Shown here: in pieces, positions 56,888 to 64,000 of the stretch
How positions within the stretch are numbered: the stretch's first letter is position 1
Layout of the letters: each line of letters opens with the position of its first letter
Assembly: GCA_052168235.1 (NCBI GenBank)
Contig: JBQLZK010000037.1
Span: 1 to 64,000, forward strand
Source of the DNA: Thainema sp.
Lineage (GTDB): Bacteria; Cyanobacteriota; Cyanobacteriia; Phormidesmidales; Phormidesmidaceae
DNA length: 64,000 nt
Direction of reading: 5' to 3'
The notes under the pieces: generated by a model
The model's database searches: none
The model's input: only the letters and a program-made list of their open reading frames with translations
What the model was told of the DNA's origin: nothing
Program-made: the position numbers and the translations under genes

Positions 56888-57794
56888 GAGGTCAGGGCTT
56901 AATAGAGAATGTGTGTACAGGCCAATAACGTAAGGTCAAACTCAGTAGATCGGTCTGGATAGACTCAACCCAAAACGAGGGCGCACTCTAAGCGAACCTC
57001 TATTTTTGTTTGGTTCATCTATGTCAACTTAATTGGTTAGCTTATTGATGTGGTATTGAGCTATTTTTCAGTACCACAATCTGCAATCTGTTCTAGAAAG
57101 CTCGCATTTCTAGACCTGGTTTTAGATGATTCGAAATCTTGGCAAGACTGGGTGAAAGGAAGAAGTTAAGGAAACACTAAGGAAACACTAAAATTGTATT
57201 ATGAGTGACTTTTTGCTTTAGAAATTAGCTTTTCCTTCCTTATTTATGCCGATAAACTAACACGCTTGTTATTGCCGATTCATGAGAGAATTTTCATCTT
57301 TATGAGAAGTTCATAATTGAATTTGTGTAATGATTGCGACTTTTTCTATTATTTTCTCGCCGAAAAATAGGAGGCAATAATTCTTTGTTCTTTAGTTGTT
57401 CTGCTTATCACGTAGAGGTGTAATGGCCTGTTCTACGTGGTTCCGAGGAGCAGCTGAATTAGAGTAGCTGTTAAATTCGGCACATAAATGTGGGATAAAC
57501 CATTTTCCTGCTGGGAAACATTTTGCCCTCTAAAAAGCGCATCTAAGTTCTATCTGTAGATAGAAGACATTTGTATTTCTGCTATTCAATCGAAAATGTT
57601 TGCGCCTCATCTCCAAAAAGAGCAGAGATAGATTTTGCTGCGATGCTACAGCAGTAAATTTTATTTGTAACGAAAAACACGAGATAATTTATATACTCGC
57701 TATCTAAATCTGCCTCAGGTAGGTTGATGTTCTGCTAACTATTTGTACTAGCAGCGAAGGTTTTTGTAACAGTCCCAGGTGACTTTCATAAAAA

Positions 57795-57836
57795 ATGCCA
57801 TTGCCAAACTGGAGACAACCTGCTTGACAATGGCAT
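57795..57836 (-). terminator. Probable intrinsic terminator of the 72-aa gene
   Basis: ATGCCATTGCCAA...TTGACAATGGCAT followed by a T-run on the minus strand. Confidence 0.55.
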
Positions 57837-57905
57837 GATTCAGCTAGTGAGTGTGTGAAACCCGATGAGATTGACCGTTGTTTGAGTTTCCCTACCGATC
57901 AGTGA

Positions 57906-58124
57906 TTATCTAACCGCAGAGAGATCATCAGTCATTACAATCCGTTGACGCACAACAGCATGTAATAACCGATCAATCGAGGATTGCTCCTCCTGCGATA
58001 ATGCACCGGATAGGATTGCTGCCTGAATCCCATAGCGATCAGCTTGGGTAAGTTTGCCTGTTGCACTGGCTTGGGCAAAGAGTTCAGCAATGGCACCGGG
58101 GAGAGGAAGGATGGGAGCAAACAT
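57906..58124 (-). CDS. Small conserved cyanobacterial hypothetical protein
   Basis: LPGAIAELFAQ...G.LT.ADRYG..AAIL...L..EE..SIDRLL pattern. Confidence 0.7.
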   Translation of the reverse strand: MFAPILPLPGAIAELFAQASATGKLTQADRYGIQAAILSGALSQEEQSSIDRLLHAVVRQRIVMTDDLSAVR

Positions 58125-58405
58125 GATGACGACTTCAGGAACTTCGATTCGATACTATTAGTATCTTTCGGAAGCCCAAATTTCTCTGTGATAAGTCGGT
58201 TTGTTCAACGTGATTCTGATGGTGTGGTGGCTGTGATATGTGCGATCGCACATTATGACTGATATCTTCCGCTACCCGTGATCGCGATTTAACTGCACCA
58301 TGACGCAGATCACGATGTGACAGTAGATTGCAAACTTGACGTTTTGATACAGGTAAAACCCGTTATCCCTAATAATCTAGATGGAAAGGGAAAACGCAAC
58401 GTACT

Positions 58406-61400
58406 GTGACAACGCTAAAGGCTTCATCAGTTGGACATTCGCAAATTAAACAGGCACGACGCGCCAAAGGCTGGCCTGTGAATGATTTCAAGTGGATAGA
58501 AGCAGCCAGTCAGATACTTGGTACCGTTTGGGAGGAGACAGGGGTGCTGGCTCCCGGTGTCTCAGAAGGAACCTGGAAGCGATTCCTGGCGGGCAAGGTG
58601 CCGATTAACGCCGAGGCGTTCAAAGCTTACTGCCAGGTGTTGGAGCTGGACTGGACTGCGATCGCAGAACTCGATCCAGAACTTGATCCAGAACCCGTCA
58701 CCGAACTAGAACCACCGCAGGCAAATTCATCTAGCTGCGCGACGAATCCAGATAACTCAACGAATGTTGTTTACCTGCGCAATCACGCTAGCCCGACCTA
58801 CGTTACGAGTCCTCCCGATCCGCTTGTTGAAGCGAATCTCCTCAAGCAGCGTGCAGTGGCAGCGCTACCCACTCGACAGGACTGGAGCAATGCGCCTGAC
58901 GTTTCCATATTCTATGGTCGTCAGGCTGAACTGGAAACGGTGCAGCGCTGGATTACTCAGGATCGCTGTCGGTTGGTGACGCTGCTGGGCATGGGCGGCA
59001 TCGGCAAAACGGCGCTGTCGGTTAAGCTGGCTCGTCAAATTGTGGCTCAGCAAAAGCAGCGGACGGCGGGGGATCAGCCGTTTACCTATGTCATCTGGCG
59101 CTCGCTGCGCAATGCGCCCTCCGTGGACGAAATGCTGGCCGATCTGATTCAGTTCCTATCGGATCAGCAGGTGACGGATTTGCCAGCGGATGCAGATGGT
59201 CGGTTGGCGTTGTTGCTTCAGTATCTACGGACTAATCGCTGCCTGATCATGCTCGACAATGCTGAGTCAATCCTCAAAAGCGGCGATCGCATGGGCCGCT
59301 ATCGGGTGGGCTATGAGGGGTATGAAGCCCTGCTGCGCTGTGTGGCGGAAACGACTCATCAAAGCTGTCTGGTAATTACCTCACGGGAAAAGCCCAAGGG
59401 GCTGACGGCGTTTGAGGGGGAAACGCTACCCGTGCGATCACTCCAGCTCAGCGGCCTGCCGGAGGCGGACGGGCGAGAGCTATTTAACGTTAAAGGTTCG
59501 TTCACAGCGACGGACGCGGAGTGGCAGACTCTGATTGAGCGCTATGCAGGCAATCCCCTAGCGCTGAAGATTGTCGCATCCTCGATTCACGACTTTTTTG
59601 ACAGTGATGTTTCGCAGTTTTTAGCCATCTCGCAGCAGAGCGCTTTCCTATTCGACGACATTCGCGACTTGCTGGATCAGCATTTTCAGCGCCTGACGGT
59701 TCTAGAGAAGTCGGTGATGTACTGGTTGGCAATCAATCGGGAACCGACATCGATCTCTGATTTACAGGCTGATTTCTTAATCAATGTATCCCCCCGTGAC
59801 CTGCTGGAATCCTTGAATTCTCTACAGCGCCGCTCCCTAGTTGAAAAAGGTGCCGCTGGCATGACGCAGCAGCCTGTGGTGATGGAATACGTAATTAATC
59901 AGCTGATCGAACGAATTAGCGATGAGATAACCGGGCAGACGGTTGATCTGTTTAAGAGTCATGCCCTGACCAAAGCCCAGGCCAAAGAGTACGTCAGGGA
60001 AACACAGCTCAATCTGATTGTGCAGCCGATTATGGATCAGCTACTGAATCAGTTGGGCAGTAGAGATGCGATCGCAACTGCTCTCCAATCTATTCTCGCT
60101 CAGCTCCGGGGCAGAACGCCTCAGGAGACGGGCTATGCGGGCGGCAATGCGTTAAATTTACTGCTCCAGCTTGGAGTTGATCTGACGGGCTATGATTTTT
60201 CGCGGCTAAGCGTGTGGCAAGCTTACCTACAAGATGTAAAGCTGCACGGTATCGACTTTACGGGTTCCGATTTGTCCAACTGCGTGTTTACCGAGTCACT
60301 AGGAAACGTGCTGTGGGCTACCTTCAGTCCAGATGGAGAGCGGCTTGCTACCTGCGACACGGATTGCCAAGTGCGGGTGTGGGATGTGCAAACGGGGCAG
60401 CTTGTGCTGATCTGTCGTGGTCATGCCAACTGGGTGAGGCATGTCACCTTTAGTCCTGATGGTCGGATGATCGCGAGCTGTGGTGCGGATCAAACGGTGC
60501 GACTGTGGACTGCTCAGGATGGAGTCTGCATTAAAACTCTGGCGGGTCATGATCATGAAGTGTTTGCTGTCGCCTTCAGTCCCGATGGTCAGCTTCTCGC
60601 CAGTGCAGGCGGTGACTGTACGATTAAGCTCTGGGACGTGCAGGATGGGCAGTGTATTCAAACGCTGACGGGACATACAGACTGGGTGCGGACGGTAGTT
60701 TTTGCGCCATATTCTAGTCAGAATGCTGCTCAAAATTCACAGCCCCTGCTGCTAGCTAGTGGCGGAGCCGATCAGCAAATCAAGCTCTGGGATGCGGCTA
60801 CCGGGCAGTGTTTACAGACCTTGAGTGGGCATCAGGGCTGGGTGCGATCGCTAACCTTTAGTCGCGATGGCCAACTCCTAGCTAGCGGCAGTGGCGATCA
60901 GCAAATTAAGCTCTGGGACTGTAGTACAGGCGACTGTCTATCCACCTACGACGGCCACAGCAGCGGCGTTTACTGCGTTGTTTTTAGCCCCACAGCCGAC
61001 ATATTAATCAGCAGCAGCGGCGATCGCACCGTCAAACTCTGGGACTGGCATACAGATACCTGCCTCAAAACCTTATCGGGACAGAGCAATGAGGTTTGCT
61101 CCATCGATATTCATCCTGACGGTCGCCGCTTAGTCTGCGTCAGCCTCGATCAGACGGTGAAGCTGTGGGACTGCCAAACCGGACAGTGTTTACGCACCTG
61201 GGATGGCCACACGGATTGGGCTTTGCCCGTTGCCTTCAGCCCCGATGGTCAAATCCTCGCTAGCGGTAGCAATGATAAATCCGTCGTGCTGTGGAACTGG
61301 CAAACCGGACAGCAGCAAATGGCTTTATACGGCCATACGGATTTCGTTTACGCCGTCGCCTTCAGTGCCGATGGTCAAATCCTGGCCAGCGGCAGCACAG

Positions 61401-62185
61401 ACCTAACCGTGCGGCTGTGGCGTACTGATACAGGACAGTGTGTGCAAGTCTTGCAGGGCCATACCGATTGGATTAATGCGATCGCATTTCATCCCAGCGA
61501 GTTTACCCTGGCAACGGCTAGCGCCGACGCTACAGTCAAGCTGTGGAACTGTCAGACGGGCCAGTGTATTCGGACTTTGACGGGACACGTCGGTAAACTG
61601 CTCGGCGTCAGCTTTAGTCCCGATGGATCACTGCTGGCGAGCTGCGGCATTGACCAAACCATTAAGTTATGGGCAACCGATACAGGTGAGTGCCTGAACA
61701 CTTTGCAGGGTCATGCCAGCCGCGTTTGGTCGGTCGTCTTTAGCCCAGATGGTAAACTGCTAGCGAGCAGCAGTACGGATCAAACGATTCGCCTCTGGAG
61801 CGTCAAGTCGGGCAAGTGCCGCAAAATCCTGACGGGACATACAAATTGGGTGTTTGCCTTGGCCTTTAGTCCTGATAGTCAAACTCTTGCTAGTGCATCG
61901 CATGATCAGACGGTACGGATCTGGCAAGTGCAAACGGGCGAATGCCTGCATGTCTGTACTGACCATGCTCACTTGGTTTCATCGGTTGCTTTTAGTCCCG
62001 ATGGCAGCGCGATCGCAAGTGGTTCACAGGATCAAACCGTTCGCATCTGGGATGCGGCATCTGGTGAGTGTTTGCGGGTGCTGATTGCCAAGCGGCTCTA
62101 TGAAGGGATGAAGATTACTGGCGTAACGGGTTTAACGCCCGCGACAATGACAACGCTGCAAATGCTGGGTGCAGTTGTTGAATAA
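58406..62185 (+). CDS. HTH - NB-ARC - WD40 repeat protein (NLR-like)
   Basis: N-terminal XRE-like segment (GVSEGTWKRFL), Walker A GMGGIGKT, LIMLDNAES, ITSRE, GNPLAL, and about 14 GH..WD repeats. Confidence 0.95.
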   Translation: MTTLKASSVGHSQIKQARRAKGWPVNDFKWIEAASQILGTVWEETGVLAPGVSEGTWKRFLAGKVPINAEAFKAYCQVLELDWTAIAELDPELDPEPVTELEPPQANSSSCATNPDNSTNVVYLRNHASPTYVTSPPDPLVEANLLKQRAVAALPTRQDWSNAPDVSIFYGRQAELETVQRWITQDRCRLVTLLGMGGIGKTALSVKLARQIVAQQKQRTAGDQPFTYVIWRSLRNAPSVDEMLADLIQFLSDQQVTDLPADADGRLALLLQYLRTNRCLIMLDNAESILKSGDRMGRYRVGYEGYEALLRCVAETTHQSCLVITSREKPKGLTAFEGETLPVRSLQLSGLPEADGRELFNVKGSFTATDAEWQTLIERYAGNPLALKIVASSIHDFFDSDVSQFLAISQQSAFLFDDIRDLLDQHFQRLTVLEKSVMYWLAINREPTSISDLQADFLINVSPRDLLESLNSLQRRSLVEKGAAGMTQQPVVMEYVINQLIERISDEITGQTVDLFKSHALTKAQAKEYVRETQLNLIVQPIMDQLLNQLGSRDAIATALQSILAQLRGRTPQETGYAGGNALNLLLQLGVDLTGYDFSRLSVWQAYLQDVKLHGIDFTGSDLSNCVFTESLGNVLWATFSPDGERLATCDTDCQVRVWDVQTGQLVLICRGHANWVRHVTFSPDGRMIASCGADQTVRLWTAQDGVCIKTLAGHDHEVFAVAFSPDGQLLASAGGDCTIKLWDVQDGQCIQTLTGHTDWVRTVVFAPYSSQNAAQNSQPLLLASGGADQQIKLWDAATGQCLQTLSGHQGWVRSLTFSRDGQLLASGSGDQQIKLWDCSTGDCLSTYDGHSSGVYCVVFSPTADILISSSGDRTVKLWDWHTDTCLKTLSGQSNEVCSIDIHPDGRRLVCVSLDQTVKLWDCQTGQCLRTWDGHTDWALPVAFSPDGQILASGSNDKSVVLWNWQTGQQQMALYGHTDFVYAVAFSADGQILASGSTDLTVRLWRTDTGQCVQVLQGHTDWINAIAFHPSEFTLATASADATVKLWNCQTGQCIRTLTGHVGKLLGVSFSPDGSLLASCGIDQTIKLWATDTGECLNTLQGHASRVWSVVFSPDGKLLASSSTDQTIRLWSVKSGKCRKILTGHTNWVFALAFSPDSQTLASASHDQTVRIWQVQTGECLHVCTDHAHLVSSVAFSPDGSAIASGSQDQTVRIWDAASGECLRVLIAKRLYEGMKITGVTGLTPATMTTLQMLGAVVE

Positions 62186-62193
62186 TCCCAAAC

Positions 62194-62378
62194 GTCTGTT
62201 AGCGAGCGGCACAAGCCGATACTTGTTTAGTGTAACACTGGACATAGATCCCCCTAAATCCCCCTTAAAAAGGGGGAACTTTGAACCAACCTGTGACTAG
62301 CCCCCTTGTTAAGGGGGCGGCGATAGCGGGGGATCACACAGCTACGCTAAACAAGTACCAAGCCGCTCGTTAACAGAC
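62194..62378. terminator. Interrupted bidirectional terminator (17-bp stem) between convergent genes
   Basis: GTCTGTTAGCGAGCGGC (62194-62210) pairs with GCCGCTCGTTAACAGAC (62362-62378). Confidence 0.7.
62219..62358. mobile_element. 140-bp MITE-like element, family B, with 7-bp target-site duplication
   Basis: Terminal IR ATACTTGTTTAGTGTAAC / GCTACGCTAAACAAGTAC (15 of 18 match). CAAGCCG at 62212-62218 and 62359-62365. Confidence 0.85.
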
Positions 62379-62392
62379 ACACCTATTTTTGC

Positions 62393-62857
62393 TTAACGTT
62401 CGTAAGTGCCGACGAGTCTCGCTTGCGCCGTCACGTGATCTGCGATCGCATCTAGCAGTTCAGTTCGACTCAGTTCAGGCTTTAGATCCAGCTTTTCAGT
62501 TAGCGCATAGAGCCAGAAATAGTAGTGATGCACCCCATGTCCGGGCGGTGGAGCTGGGCCAGTGTAGCCGTTGCTGCCAGAGCTGTTCAGCCCTTCGGTA
62601 AAGTGATCCCCGCCACCTTCGGCAATTTCATTGACGTCCGGTGGAATGTTGTAAATTGTCCAGTGGGTGAACCCAAACGGCAGCGGCGCATCGGGATCAT
62701 GGCAGATCAGCACCAGTTGTTTTGTTTCAGATGGTATCTTATCCCACTGCAGGGCTGGCGAAACATTGTCACCGTCGCTGGTATAGCGTTCGGGGATCGA
62801 TCCCAATGTTGAAAACGCTGGGCTATTCAGCTCTAGGTCTTTTAGTTTTAACTCCAT
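62393..62857 (-). CDS. YbhB/YbcL (PEBP, Raf-kinase-inhibitor-like) protein
   Basis: DGDNVSPAL.W, DPDAP, HW, YTGPAPPPGHGVHHY. Confidence 0.92.
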   Translation of the reverse strand: MELKLKDLELNSPAFSTLGSIPERYTSDGDNVSPALQWDKIPSETKQLVLICHDPDAPLPFGFTHWTIYNIPPDVNEIAEGGGDHFTEGLNSSGSNGYTGPAPPPGHGVHHYYFWLYALTEKLDLKPELSRTELLDAIADHVTAQARLVGTYER

Positions 62858-62870
62858 GAGAGTCCCTTGC

Positions 62871-63608
62871 TTACAGTTCTTGCTGCGTCGGACGAATAAT
62901 CATTTCGTTGATATCCACATCGTTCGGTTGCTCAATCGCAAACGCGATTGCACGTGCGATCGCATCTGGGTCAATGGCTACGGAATAAAGCTGATTGACG
63001 CCTTGAGCTGTTTCTTCATGCGAAATCGTGCTTGTTAGCTCTGTATCGACGGCTCCGGGTGAGATATTGGTTGAGCGAATTTGCCCGTTAGATTCCTGCC
63101 GAACGCCTTCAGAAATCGCCTTCACTGCAAATTTGGTCGCGCAGTAAACGGCCCCCGCTGGAAAAACCTGATGTCCAGCAACCGACGATAGGTTAATAAT
63201 ATGCCCGGACTTTTGCTGTCGCATGATGGGCAATACGGCGGCGATGTTGTACAAGACGCCTTTGATGTTGACATCGATCATCCGATCCCACTCGTCTACC
63301 TTCGTTTCATCCAGAGGTGACAGGGGCATCAAACCTGCGTTGTTGACCAAAACATCAATCCGGCCATAAGCCTGATGAGTTGCTTTCGCTAATGCTTCAG
63401 CCTGACTGCGATCCGTCACATCAGTAACCTGATATTGAGCGGTTCCACCACTTTGTTCAATTTTAGACACCAAATCTTTGAGCCGATTTTCACGTCGAGC
63501 AGCCAGCATTAGTTTCGCGCCAGCTTTAGCTAAGCGTTGAGCTGTAGCCTCGCCCAGTCCACTACTTGCGCCTGTGATAATAACAACTTTATTTTGAATT
63601 TCAGACAT
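62871..63608 (-). CDS. Short-chain dehydrogenase/reductase (YdfG-like)
   Basis: TGASSGLG, NNAG, YCATK, ISPG. Confidence 0.95.
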   Translation of the reverse strand: MSEIQNKVVIITGASSGLGEATAQRLAKAGAKLMLAARRENRLKDLVSKIEQSGGTAQYQVTDVTDRSQAEALAKATHQAYGRIDVLVNNAGLMPLSPLDETKVDEWDRMIDVNIKGVLYNIAAVLPIMRQQKSGHIINLSSVAGHQVFPAGAVYCATKFAVKAISEGVRQESNGQIRSTNISPGAVDTELTSTISHEETAQGVNQLYSVAIDPDAIARAIAFAIEQPNDVDINEMIIRPTQQEL

Positions 63609-63812
63609 AGCAAATCGTTAGTTTAGTTCTCTAGCTTTAGCTGCAAAATATGTAGCAATCGGCACTGTTTCAAGGTCAACCAGTAAATGCAACAGACCTA
63701 AATCAGATCATTTAGATATGCCGACAAGTAGCTTGATGGTTGACAAACCACCAAATAGTATGAGTTTTTATACCCAAAATGGATCTGACTAAAGACAGAC
63801 TTAAGATGCCGC

Positions 63813-63998
63813 TCAGGATAAACAAGCGAGCAACAAATGTACTGTTCCGTGTGGCACTAAAACGGCTGAATCCTCTAGCTTTAGGTTGGTCTGATAGTTG
63901 ATCAGCGCACCTGCATTAGTCAAATCAGCGACTGATAATTGGGGGTTCGCTTTCAAATGGACGAGATGCTGGTCCATCAGGTAAACAATGGCCGCGAT
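63813..63998 (-). CDS. Possible 3' end of a gene running off the window
   Basis: Open frame IAAIVYLMDQ...LLLACLS* from the window edge to TGA. No recognisable motif. Confidence 0.25.
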   Translation of the reverse strand: MAAIVYLMDQHLVHLKANPQLSVADLTNAGALINYQTNLKLEDSAVLVPHGTVHLLLACLS

Positions 63999-64000
63999 TT

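Noticed and set aside
58299..58314. CRP-like site CATGA-N6-TCACG upstream of the NB-ARC gene
   Set aside because: Partial match only, with no supporting promoter geometry identified.
1..64000. HIP1 abundance as a novelty; tRNA, rRNA, integrase, prophage or intact IS
   Set aside because: HIP1 is a well-known cyanobacterial feature and was used here only as a marker of native DNA. I recognised no RNA genes, recombinases, phage genes or transposases by eye.

Overview
This is a chromosome-like window from a cyanobacterium. The HIP1 octamer GCGATCGC is very frequent, often as TGCGATCGCA, and the window carries GUN4, pentapeptide-repeat, cyanoglobin and NB-ARC/WD40 genes. From left to right it holds: an unannotated translationally coupled gene pair (a Cys-rich protein plus a possible divergent ScpA/kleisin-like protein); a multi-PAS histidine kinase; a GH63-like glucosidase; a sulfate ABC transporter cluster (cysA divergent from sbp-cysT-cysW-DUF202-NIL); and redox and transport singletons. 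Next come a HIP1-free, AT-richer island encoding a 1.5k-aa nuclease-STAND NTPase (Avs/AVAST-like) that abuts a broken P-loop ATPase gene, an alpha/beta hydrolase with a Fur-like box, and a TetR/HlyD/ABC efflux operon whose ATPase carries an in-frame repeat insertion. These are followed by small accessory genes (HNH, redoxin, ankyrin, immunity-like), glbN with an FNR/CRP-like class II promoter, and a 373-aa protein with no Lys, Arg, His or Cys. The right part has an antiporter, MscS, a 13.5-kb Wzm/Wzt glycan cluster, an HTH-NB-ARC-WD40 protein, and PEBP and SDR genes. At least three families of small mobile or repeat elements are visible, two of them with target-site duplications. I found no rRNA, tRNA, CRISPR array, integrase or intact transposase. 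All family calls come from motifs read by eye; no searches were run.
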